DNA from: Promethearchaeia archaeon
Lineage (GTDB): Archaea > Asgardarchaeota > Lokiarchaeia > Sigyniarchaeales > SOKP01
DNA length: 64,000 nt
Assembly: GCA_029856125.1 (NCBI GenBank)
Contig: JAHQWJ010000143.1
Coordinates: 1-64,000, forward strand
Reading direction: 5' to 3'
A model generated the notes under the pieces. The model did no database searches, had not been told where the DNA came from, and worked only from the letters and a program-made list of their open reading frames with translations. Positions 47,267 through 56,210 of this stretch are shown here, one piece after another; positions within the stretch are counted from its first letter, which is position 1; each line of letters begins with the position of its first letter. A program made the translations under genes and the position numbers.

Positions 47267-47684
47267 ATATTTTTTTTTTAATTAAGCTAGAAGAGTGAAG
47301 AGCGTATTTCTCAAAGTATGTATCCAACCTTTTTACTAAAATATTTCTTAACCCTCTTTTTCTTAATTTTCGTTTCAACATTTCAAGGTTATATTTTTGG
47401 TCTGGACCTAAAAGGATAATATCAGGGTTAATCTCTTCAACAGTTTTGAGGGTATCGTTGTCAGATCGTCCCAATCTTGCTTCTTTTACGTTTTTTATGC
47501 TCTGGATAACTTCTAATCTTTGTTCTTCTGTAATTATAGGTGTTTCTCCGGAATAAATTTTTCTATTCATATCAGTAGCAACAATTACATATACATCACC
47601 CATTTTTGCAGCTTCATTGATTAGATATAAGTGTCCAGGGTGAATTATATCAAATGTACCAGCAACTAAGACTTTCTTCGCTAT
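47247..47684 (-). CDS. ribL: FAD synthase (cytidylyltransferase family), probable ATA start
   Basis: Frame extends past the tracked ATG (47603) through (I/M)AKKVLVAGTFDIIHPGH; PDIILLGPDQ, SSSLIK; adjacent to ribK. Confidence 0.88.
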   Translation of the reverse strand: MAKKVLVAGTFDIIHPGHLYLINEAAKMGDVYVIVATDMNRKIYSGETPIITEEQRLEVIQSIKNVKEARLGRSDNDTLKTVEEINPDIILLGPDQKYNLEMLKRKLRKRGLRNILVKRLDTYFEKYALHSSSLIKKKIFEQYKN

Positions 47685-47774
47685 TTTTTTTCAGCTCATT
47701 TACATTTTATAATATACCAAAAAATAATTACCAAATATATGGAAAATTGATTTTTATTATGGAATTGAAGAATT

Positions 47775-48395
47775 TTAGAGATTTTTTTCACTGTTTTCTA
47801 GACACTGTTTTAGTTCATTCATTTGAAGCGAAATCGATACATCTCCTCTAGTTTTTTCAATGATATTTCTCGCTTGATCTATTTTGTGTCTTAAATCTTT
47901 TGTCAAACCGGCAGGAAAGTCGATCGAAAATAATTGAGTGTATATATCATCCATGCATTCTAATATGTAGTTCAGATCATCTACGATTGAATTCCTTATA
48001 TTGTCCAATGCATATCTTCTTAATTCCCCAATTACATCAGCAAGACCTAAAGCATAATTTATCGGATCGATATTCAAATCACTTGGTAATGGAAGAGGTT
48101 CTTTTGATATGACGGCATAAAACGCTAGAGCTTCCGTATACTCTTGTTCCGGAGTTTTTAAATACTTTAAGAATACACCAGGATTATTGCTTACCAAAAG
48201 TAGCATATCTTTGTGGATTTTCTGAATATTTAAGATTTTCTGGTGATATTGACTAAATTCCTTTCTATGAATATTTTTTATTGCAATACTACAATTACGG
48301 ATTATAATACGAGATAATTTTAGTAAACTTTCTCTATCTTTGTCTAGCTTCTCTAAACTTTCATTTAATTCCGTAAAAATCTTATTAAGCTTCAT
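47775..48395 (-). CDS. Translin/TRAX (C3PO)-family protein
   Basis: RESLLKLSRIIIRNC, QEYTEA, YALGLADVIGELRR, LRHKID. Confidence 0.9.
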   Translation of the reverse strand: MKLNKIFTELNESLEKLDKDRESLLKLSRIIIRNCSIAIKNIHRKEFSQYHQKILNIQKIHKDMLLLVSNNPGVFLKYLKTPEQEYTEALAFYAVISKEPLPLPSDLNIDPINYALGLADVIGELRRYALDNIRNSIVDDLNYILECMDDIYTQLFSIDFPAGLTKDLRHKIDQARNIIEKTRGDVSISLQMNELKQCLENSEKNL

Positions 48396-48489
48396 ACTTA
48401 TGATTAAATATTTTAGTAATAATTAATTTCAATTTTAAATATATTAATTATCAAAAGGAAGAAAAATATTTAGGATTTTTGATATAATC

Positions 48490-50550
48490 ATGAAAATTTT
48501 ATTAATCCACTCTGATGGGGTAGAAGTTACTAAAAAAAAAGTAGCCACAAGCAATCCACAAGACTTTCCCGAAGATATAATTAAAATGGAGGGCTTAATT
48601 TTAGTAGCTTATGTATCTGTAGAAGATCAAGATACATACGATACGGATTTGATTTCAAAACAAGGTGCTCAAGTAATAGAAGACGCAATAATCCAAATAA
48701 CGAATTTTCCCGAAACTATTAAACGGAAAAACGAAGAAATAAGAGAATATAATAAAAAGATTGAAAGTAGCCAAATCAAAGGAAAACCAAGAAAAATTCT
48801 TGAGTTAATAAAGGAAAGGGGTACTTATAGGGTTGATCAAGTATTAGTTTACCCTTGGGCGCATTTAAGCAAATTTCTTAGTAATGAAGCAAACGCTATG
48901 GATGTTTGTCCAAAAATAGCTCAATTACTAAAAGATAAAGGCATAGAAGCAAAATTTTCTCCATTTGGTTGGTACAAATCTTTTAAAATAAACTGTATTG
49001 GTCACGAAGTAGCTGAAATGTATCGAGATGTAAAGCTATACATTCAACCAGAAGAACATATAGAAAACGCAGTATTTAAAGTAATTACTCCTAAAGGAAT
49101 TGAATTAGATTTAAAATTTGATGATGATAAGAATGTATTGCCTTTAGAAGAGATTAAAGACGAAGATTTCCAACTTTTCTTAGAATCTGAATTAGGAACA
49201 AAAAGAATAGATGAAGGTATCGAACCAGCTCATATCAAAGTAATGAAAGAATTTGAGCTTGTAGACTTCGATCCAAATACAGATGCGGGAAATCTCCGTT
49301 GGTATAGTAAAGGAGTGATCATGAAAAACCTGATTAAAAGTTTTGTGGAAGATAGGATAATTGATTATGGTGCTATTCTTATTGACACACCTCTTATGTA
49401 TACCACCAAAAACAAAAAATTAACAGCACAAACTGCACGTTTTCCAGCAAGGAGTTACTGGGTTGAATCGGGAAATGATAGATATATATTAAGATATGCT
49501 TCTGATTTCTTACTTTTTGATTTATTAAGCTCTATGAATTTAAAACTTCAATATTTCCCATTAAGAATATATGAATGGGAACAGTATTCCTTTAGACGAG
49601 AAATGAAAGGGGAACTTACAGGTTTGAGAAGGTTAAGAAGTTTTGTAATGCCTGATATGCACACATTATGCAAAGATGTAAAGTCTTCAGTAGAAGAATT
49701 TAAAAGTCAATATTTCTTAATAAAAAACCTTTTAGACGACCTGGGAATAAAGTCTTACATCATTTTCAGAGCAACTCAAGATTTTTATAAAGAAAACAAG
49801 GAATGGATTAAAGATTTAGTAAAGAAAGAAGAACAACCAGCTTTATTAGAATTATGGGAAGAAAGATACTTTTACTTCGTATTAAAGTTCGAAAGACCCG
49901 TTCTCTCAGCTCAAAATAGAAGCGCTACACTCTCAACTAACCAAATTGACATAGAAAGTTCGCTTGAATATATGGTAGATAACGAAGGAAAAAAGAGACA
50001 GAAATACGACATTCATTTTACAGATATTGATGGTATACAGAAATATCCCGTAATTCTTCACAATTCTCCAACAGGAGGATTAGAGAGAATCTTGTGGGGA
50101 TTGATCGAGACGGCAATTAGAGATAAAGATAAAATTGTTCCTGGATTTAGAACGTGGTTATCTCCTATCCAAGTAAGAATTTTAACTATAAGTAATGAAC
50201 AACACGATTATGCGGAGAAAATACTTGAAATTCTCAGTAAAGAATCCTACAGAGTAGATTTTGACGATAGAAATGAAAAATTAGGTAAAAAAATTAGACA
50301 ATCCGAAATTGATTGGATTCCCTATACAATAATACTCGGTAAAAAAGAGCAGGAAGATCAAACTATATCAGTAAGAAAAAGGCTAATTGGTCTTCCAATA
50401 GGCCCGAAAAAGGAAACATCAAAAAATGTTAACAATATAAAACTAAGCGAGCTTATTGAAATGCTAAATGAAGACACAAAAGGATTTCCAAAACATAAAT
50501 TACCTAAACCATTTAGAAAATTCTCAACTAAGATTTCTTTCAGAAAGTAA
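48490..50550 (+). CDS. thrS: Threonine--tRNA ligase, archaeal type with N-terminal editing domain
   Basis: MKILLIHSD, YPWAHLS, PFGWYKSF..C.GH, SFRRE..GEL.GLRRLRSF.MPDMH, GGLER, WLSPIQVR. Confidence 0.95.
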   Translation: MKILLIHSDGVEVTKKKVATSNPQDFPEDIIKMEGLILVAYVSVEDQDTYDTDLISKQGAQVIEDAIIQITNFPETIKRKNEEIREYNKKIESSQIKGKPRKILELIKERGTYRVDQVLVYPWAHLSKFLSNEANAMDVCPKIAQLLKDKGIEAKFSPFGWYKSFKINCIGHEVAEMYRDVKLYIQPEEHIENAVFKVITPKGIELDLKFDDDKNVLPLEEIKDEDFQLFLESELGTKRIDEGIEPAHIKVMKEFELVDFDPNTDAGNLRWYSKGVIMKNLIKSFVEDRIIDYGAILIDTPLMYTTKNKKLTAQTARFPARSYWVESGNDRYILRYASDFLLFDLLSSMNLKLQYFPLRIYEWEQYSFRREMKGELTGLRRLRSFVMPDMHTLCKDVKSSVEEFKSQYFLIKNLLDDLGIKSYIIFRATQDFYKENKEWIKDLVKKEEQPALLELWEERYFYFVLKFERPVLSAQNRSATLSTNQIDIESSLEYMVDNEGKKRQKYDIHFTDIDGIQKYPVILHNSPTGGLERILWGLIETAIRDKDKIVPGFRTWLSPIQVRILTISNEQHDYAEKILEILSKESYRVDFDDRNEKLGKKIRQSEIDWIPYTIILGKKEQEDQTISVRKRLIGLPIGPKKETSKNVNNIKLSELIEMLNEDTKGFPKHKLPKPFRKFSTKISFRK

Positions 50551-50584
50551 AGTTTTATACAGAACAAAATTGTGGATGATAAGA

Positions 50585-51208
50585 ATGACGATTAAATGTA
50601 TAATAATTGATTTAGGAGATGTTGTAATTGATTTGGATTTTAGTAGATTTTTCAATGATGTTATTACACCATCTCCGTTGAATAAACCTCAAACTCCAAT
50701 AATGCTAGAATTTTTTCGCCAATCAGACATATATCATCAAGGTAAAATAACCGATGAAGAATTTTATAAACAATCTTGCGAAATACTAGGAGCTTGTGCT
50801 CTTAACCAAGATCAATTTTTCGATTCTTTTAACAGTATTATTGATAAGCTTAATCTAGAAATGGTAGATTTGATAAAAAAGATTAAGACTTTAAACAGCT
50901 TCAAACTTATCTGTATGTCAAATATCAATTCAAGTCATTGGAACTACTTAAAGAAACAAAAGTGGGATATCTGGGAACTTTTTGATGAATTTATACTTTC
51001 TCATGAAATTCATCTCACAAAACCAGATCCGAAAGTTTATGAACTAGCCATAAAAATAGCCGGATGCAAACCAAAAGAAATTTTATTTATCGACGACGGC
51101 TTAAACAACGTTAGATCAGCTAGTGAGATGGGTATAAATTCGATAAGATATATGGGATTAGATATACTGATCGAGGAACTTATAAAATACGGAATAAAAA
51201 TAATGTAA
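50585..51208 (+). CDS. HAD-superfamily phosphatase
   Basis: IIIDLGDV, MSN, KPDP, FIDD. The track start 50468 overlaps thrS; ATG 50585 is more plausible. Confidence 0.88.
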   Translation: MTIKCIIIDLGDVVIDLDFSRFFNDVITPSPLNKPQTPIMLEFFRQSDIYHQGKITDEEFYKQSCEILGACALNQDQFFDSFNSIIDKLNLEMVDLIKKIKTLNSFKLICMSNINSSHWNYLKKQKWDIWELFDEFILSHEIHLTKPDPKVYELAIKIAGCKPKEILFIDDGLNNVRSASEMGINSIRYMGLDILIEELIKYGIKIM

Positions 51209-51241
51209 TTATTTATCAAAGGGGATATTTCATATAAAAAA

Positions 51242-51760
51242 TTATTCTCCAATTGAGTTCATGCAAGCTCGAGCAATACTTTCAAATGCAAACTCAACTT
51301 TTTCTCCAGTTTTAGCAGAAGTTTCTAAATATTCACAATTTAATCTTTTTGCTAGATCTTCTGCCTCTTGTCTTCCAACTTGGCGCTCTAGATCGATCTT
51401 ATTCCCAACAATAATCATAGGTATAGATTTTTTCACGGTCTTTTTTATACTACTGACCCAACCTGGAAGTTTTAAAAGAGATTGCGGATCAGATACGTCA
51501 AATACGCCAAAGGCTGCATTACTTCCCTTAAAATAAATCGTCCGCAGTTTTGCAAACTGCTCTTGCCCACCTATATCCCATAACAAGAGTCTGACATCTA
51601 CTTCGTCTATCACTACATCTTTAATCAAGAAACTCGAGCCGATAGTTTTTTTCAAATCAGAGTTGAAGAAATCTTTAATATATCTAATAAGTAATGAGGT
51701 TTTACCCACATTTCCAGGACCAAACAAGCATACTTTAAATTTATAAGATGATTTATCCAA
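51242..51760 (-). CDS. Rab-like small GTPase
   Basis: GPGNVGKTS, TIG, WDIGGQEQF...YFKG, GNKID, ETSAKTG; no C-terminal prenylation motif. Confidence 0.93.
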   Translation of the reverse strand: MDKSSYKFKVCLFGPGNVGKTSLLIRYIKDFFNSDLKKTIGSSFLIKDVVIDEVDVRLLLWDIGGQEQFAKLRTIYFKGSNAAFGVFDVSDPQSLLKLPGWVSSIKKTVKKSIPMIIVGNKIDLERQVGRQEAEDLAKRLNCEYLETSAKTGEKVEFAFESIARACMNSIGE

Positions 51761-51788
51761 AATAGTTCACCAATGTGCTGGATGTTTC

Positions 51789-51833
51789 TCTCTTTGGTTA
51801 CAGAACGATTTAGAACGCTTCTAACCAAGGAGA
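51789..51833 (-). promoter_or_regulatory. 12-bp hairpin upstream of the small GTPase gene
   Basis: TCTCTTTGGTTA (51789-51800) / TAACCAAGGAGA (51822-51833), 11 of 12 positions Watson-Crick. Confidence 0.45.
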
Positions 51834-51995
51834 ATATATACAATTAATATTTTAATACTTATACTTTCTTTACTATTTATATTATTATCTTATTATTATT
51901 TATATAATTACCTTAAAGGTAAATTAAATAGTTATAACCACATTTAAAGAGCAGAATAAAATCTGTCTAGTTAAATTTTACTTAATAAAGGTTTT

Positions 51996-53264
51996 CTATT
52001 TTCGCTTTTTTTTCCCCAGTTTTCCAATTGCCGCCATGAACCATTCGGGGCTTCCAACTCCATTAGCAAATTCCATCCAAATGTACATTAAAAATCCACA
52101 TAAGCCAATATATGTAATATCCATGATAAGAAAGAGTACAATGCCAAATTGTCTACTGTATAAACCGAGGAATAGTTGATGAAATAAAAATAAACTTAAA
52201 GATACTTTGCCGTAGTATACTAGCGTTTTAATAAAATTACCATATTTTTTCTTGATATCAATGAAGTAAAAGCTAATGGAAATTATTAATAAAGCAACGC
52301 CTAAATTATATATCAAATTTTGGCCTCTTCCTCTGATTAAAAATTCTGGTATCCCCGGTATTTCAAATAAAGCTTGACTATTAATGGTGATTAATAATCC
52401 AAGACTAGGATATTCTTGGACACCCCCTAAGATTGTATAGCGAGTAAACAATTTACATCCGAGACCAATACCAACCAAGATGAAGATTATGCTCCAAACC
52501 ATTAATATACGAAACAATCCCACATAAGCGTCGTGTGTTCCTTTATTCATCGCTTCGTGCAGATATTCTCCAAAAATAGTAGAGATAAAACAGATAGCGA
52601 GTCCTGGAAGAAGAGGTATCATAGGAATTGGTCCAACTACGATGTAATTAATTGTAATTATTACCAAATTACCAGCTTCCACTCCAGGAAAAAAAATTAA
52701 ATCTCTAATTGGGTTAGAAATAAGAACGATTAAAATGCCAATAATTCCTCGATATAATTTTGGAATTTTTAACGCGTAATAAGAAAATATCTGGGAGAAG
52801 CCAATGAACATTAAAATATTCCAACCCCATAAATTGAAAGGAAAACGAATCTCGGGGGCTTCTATGCTTACAGATGCTAAGTTATAAAACGTAGCTATCA
52901 GAATAATAATGATTCCTCTCGAGAAAATTCTCATACGAATTACTTTAGCGGGGAGGATATTTTGCTTATTTCTTATACTGAATATCACGCTTAAAGAGGA
53001 CAAAAAAACAAATAGGGAGGGACCTAGAAAATCTAAAACTGTAAATAACAATCCGTAAAGATAGCGGTTTTCGCTATCTAGCCAAATACCGGAAGAATGG
53101 GCTAAAATTATAAAGACTATGGCAAAGCCTTTTACAAAATCGATGCTTCCAATTCGTTTTGAAGATGCAAAATCCCGGACATCCTCTAATGGGATTAATT
53201 CTTGCATATAGTTTATGAGAGGAGGGGATTCGGTTGCTGTTCCATCTTCTTTTTCAACTGACAT
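51996..53264 (-). CDS. HGSNAT/DUF1624-like membrane acyltransferase, paralogue 1
   Basis: RIGSIDFVKGFAIVFIILAH, PSLFVFLS, WNILMFIG, GKVSLSLFLFH; multiple TM helices. Confidence 0.8.
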   Translation of the reverse strand: MSVEKEDGTATESPPLINYMQELIPLEDVRDFASSKRIGSIDFVKGFAIVFIILAHSSGIWLDSENRYLYGLLFTVLDFLGPSLFVFLSSLSVIFSIRNKQNILPAKVIRMRIFSRGIIIILIATFYNLASVSIEAPEIRFPFNLWGWNILMFIGFSQIFSYYALKIPKLYRGIIGILIVLISNPIRDLIFFPGVEAGNLVIITINYIVVGPIPMIPLLPGLAICFISTIFGEYLHEAMNKGTHDAYVGLFRILMVWSIIFILVGIGLGCKLFTRYTILGGVQEYPSLGLLITINSQALFEIPGIPEFLIRGRGQNLIYNLGVALLIISISFYFIDIKKKYGNFIKTLVYYGKVSLSLFLFHQLFLGLYSRQFGIVLFLIMDITYIGLCGFLMYIWMEFANGVGSPEWFMAAIGKLGKKKRK

Positions 53265-53376
53265 TTTTCACCAAATAAAATTTTAAAATTATAGAATATT
53301 CTAATCTTGTGAAAATTTAAACTTTATCACAAAAGGGAAAAATTGAGATAAGAAATTAGAAATTATTTGTATCGAC

Positions 53377-54780
53377 TTATCTTTCTGAACCTTTAGTACG
53401 ATCGCGTTTTATTTTGTGAACTGTTTCTTTTATTTCTTCTTCGATGACGAGAATTTCTTTTTTTACCGTTTTGCTCGTCTTTTGCCCAATTCGCCCAACT
53501 TGAACCATAAGCCATTCCGGCGACCCCACACCGTTATAAAATTCGTTCCAAATATACATTAAAAATCCCCAGAAGCCAACATAACTGAATAATAAGACGA
53601 AATAAAGAACAATATCTAGGGCGTTCAAAAATAGCGTTACAAAAACAAAATGTAACAAAAACAAGCTTAACGATACTTTTCCATAATAATTTATCATTGA
53701 AATAAAATTATTCATTTTCCTTTTAATATCTAGGATGTAGAAACATACTGCAATAAGAATAAGGGCCGCTCCTAAATTATATACCATGTTAGGAGCTCTT
53801 CCCCTTATTAGAAACTCCCACATACCGGGATAAGTCATCCCAGGTATAAACGTTTGTGTCCTCATATGAAGTAAAAGAATGATATGGGGGTATTCATTTG
53901 AAGGTAGGGTTCCTATCGTAATATCCGTAGCTAAAATAAACTCATCTCCAGGTATATAAGAATTTCTTCCTAGAAAAATACCTATGAGGACGAAAAATAT
54001 ACCATAATATAAGAAGGTTCGAAAGAGCTTTCGATAGTCTTTTTTAGTTCCACCAATCATTGCCTCGTATAAATATTCTCCAAAAATCGAAGAAATAAAG
54101 CAAATTGAAATCCACGGCAATAAAGGTGTCATAGGAGAGGGGGATGTTATTATGTAATGCAGAACAGTACTTATTAAATCTCCCGCTTCCCTTCCTTGAA
54201 AAAGGAATTGCCGAATTGGGTCAGATGCAAAGATAATAAAAAAACCAATGATAGCCCGAGCAAGTTTACTAAGTTTCAATGCGTAATAAGAAAATACCTG
54301 CGATAAACCAATAAACATCAATATGTTCCAACCCCAAAGAGTTGCGGGAAAAGAATAACCTTCGATAGTAAATTCAATAGATATTAAATTAAAAATAACC
54401 GCTATTACTATAATCATAATACCCCGAGAAAAAATTCTATTCCTTATAACTTTCTCTTTCATGTCTACCTTTCTGCGGCTGATACTGAAAACAACGCTTA
54501 AGGCGGATAGAAAGACAAATAAAGAGGGGCCAAATATATCCAGAAAGGCAAATAAAATCCCGTAAAAGAACATCCAGGAAGGAACAAGCCACGCACCAGC
54601 TGTATGCGCCCCCATTATAAAAACTATTGCTATTCCCTTGACGAAATCTATGCTTCCAATTCTTCTCGAGGAGGAAAAATCTCTAAGTTCCTCGACGGGT
54701 ATTGCTTGTTTCAAATAGTCAAAAAGGGGAATTGAATCTAAGTCTACCTCGTTATTTTCTTCGGATGACATGTTAATCAA
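53377..54780 (-). CDS. HGSNAT/DUF1624-like membrane acyltransferase, paralogue 2
   Basis: RIGSIDFVKGIAIVFIMGAH, PSLFVFLS, PLLPW, GKVSLSLFLLH; tandem copy. Confidence 0.8.
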   Translation of the reverse strand: MINMSSEENNEVDLDSIPLFDYLKQAIPVEELRDFSSSRRIGSIDFVKGIAIVFIMGAHTAGAWLVPSWMFFYGILFAFLDIFGPSLFVFLSALSVVFSISRRKVDMKEKVIRNRIFSRGIMIIVIAVIFNLISIEFTIEGYSFPATLWGWNILMFIGLSQVFSYYALKLSKLARAIIGFFIIFASDPIRQFLFQGREAGDLISTVLHYIITSPSPMTPLLPWISICFISSIFGEYLYEAMIGGTKKDYRKLFRTFLYYGIFFVLIGIFLGRNSYIPGDEFILATDITIGTLPSNEYPHIILLLHMRTQTFIPGMTYPGMWEFLIRGRAPNMVYNLGAALILIAVCFYILDIKRKMNNFISMINYYGKVSLSLFLLHFVFVTLFLNALDIVLYFVLLFSYVGFWGFLMYIWNEFYNGVGSPEWLMVQVGRIGQKTSKTVKKEILVIEEEIKETVHKIKRDRTKGSER

Positions 54781-54890
54781 TAAATTATTATTTTTAATGA
54801 GATGTATTTTAAGACTTAAATTAATATTAGTATTTTAGTTTATAGTATTTGAACATTTATTTAATAAATAATTCAAAAATATGATATACT

Positions 54891-55298
54891 ATGAATATCA
54901 AAAGATATTTAGATTTTCGGTTATTAGGATTAACTGGTTCGATATTATTGATACTGTCTCAATTTTTACCTTGGTTCTCTAACCAATCTTTATTATATAT
55001 ATATATGATTTCAACGAGTGTAGCTATTGAAGATTCTTTTTTATATTTATTTCCCCTAATTTGCGGGATAATATGTTTGGTTGGAACTATAGTAATTATT
55101 TATAATTTGGATTACAAGATTAATTCTGTAATCATTAATTTTATAGGACTTGGGTTTTTTTTGATGTTTATTATTGAGATCATTCCGAAAGAACTCCTTT
55201 ATATTCCCTATGCAGAAATTGGATTTTACTTTTCAGTTATTGGATCAATTCTAATATTTTTCGATATTTTAAACATACTCTTAATCAAACATGAATAA
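54891..55298 (+). CDS. Small four-TM membrane protein
   Basis: FLPWF and IGFY motifs; four hydrophobic helices. Confidence 0.7.
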   Translation: MNIKRYLDFRLLGLTGSILLILSQFLPWFSNQSLLYIYMISTSVAIEDSFLYLFPLICGIICLVGTIVIIYNLDYKINSVIINFIGLGFFLMFIIEIIPKELLYIPYAEIGFYFSVIGSILIFFDILNILLIKHE

Positions 55299-55316
55299 TT
55301 AGGAAGGGATCTAGAA

Positions 55317-56210
55317 ATTACGGAAAAAGAAGAAATAGATAAAAAAAAAGCTTCTACTGACGCCGAGGCTAATTATTACTATGCTTTAAGTCACAAATTA
55401 AGAAGAAAGATAATCAAAATTATAGGAGAAAATAAATTTTCTTCATTTACTTACCTTAAAAAAGAGTTAAATGTGAGTACAGGCACTATTTACCATCATT
55501 TAGATACCCTTTCTAGTTTGATTGAACAGCAAGATGACAAAAAGTATTATTTGTCGGAATTAGGACTCCATGCTTATAATTCGCTGATTGATAATAAAGA
55601 TAACATTATCACACCTGAGTTCAGCAAAAAAGAATTTAATTCCCCTATATTAAAAGGATTAATGTTTCTTACTCCAAAAACCTATATAAACTACGAGAAC
55701 AAGAGAACATATAGGGTAATAATATTTTCAATTCTGATTGCTTTAATTGGCTCCCTTTTTTGCGGTTTGAACGGTTTATTCCCCTTTTTCCTATTTTTCA
55801 GTGAATCCTTGATGGTATTTCCTACCACTGAAACAATTTTTCAATTTCTACTCGCTCTTTTTTTTATAGGAAACATCTTTCTTTATTTTCTAATAAATGA
55901 AGGATTATCTCGAATCATTTATAAGAAAAGAGAGAATACTTTGAAGTTTTTAGCGACATTTGTGATAATTTTTTTTCCTTTAGATATTTACTTAGCGTTG
56001 CGGTTTATTTTAACCTCAACTGGTTCGCTAGATTTTTCATATATTAGAGTGTTAGACAATGTACTTATGATTTTGTTTCAAGTGTGGTCTCTGTGGTTAT
56101 TAACCTATAATTTAAGCATTAATAAAAAATTGAAAATTGAAAATTCGTTAATAGTTTCTTTTCTAGTACATTATGGTGGATTCTCAATAATCCTCTTAAT
56201 TTCTATTTAA
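55317..56210 (+). CDS. ArsR-type winged-helix regulator fused to membrane domain, probable ATT start
   Basis: Frame is open upstream of the tracked GTG (55473) through ALSHKLRRKIIKIIG...FTYLKKELNVSTGTIYHHLDTL; about five TM helices follow. Confidence 0.78.
   Translation: MTEKEEIDKKKASTDAEANYYYALSHKLRRKIIKIIGENKFSSFTYLKKELNVSTGTIYHHLDTLSSLIEQQDDKKYYLSELGLHAYNSLIDNKDNIITPEFSKKEFNSPILKGLMFLTPKTYINYENKRTYRVIIFSILIALIGSLFCGLNGLFPFFLFFSESLMVFPTTETIFQFLLALFFIGNIFLYFLINEGLSRIIYKKRENTLKFLATFVIIFFPLDIYLALRFILTSTGSLDFSYIRVLDNVLMILFQVWSLWLLTYNLSINKKLKIENSLIVSFLVHYGGFSIILLISI

Noticed and set aside
47691-47699. Selenocysteine at the in-frame UGA of ribL codon 3
   Set aside because: The position is outside the domain, is not a conserved Cys site, and no SECIS-like hairpin was recognised; ATA initiation is simpler.
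8154-51760. Eukaryote-like protein prenylation pathway (prenyltransferase-like + CPBP protease + Rab-like GTPase)
   Set aside because: The genes are unlinked, the barrel lacks evident Zn ligands, CPBP proteases are ubiquitous, and the GTPase has no CAAX/CC tail.
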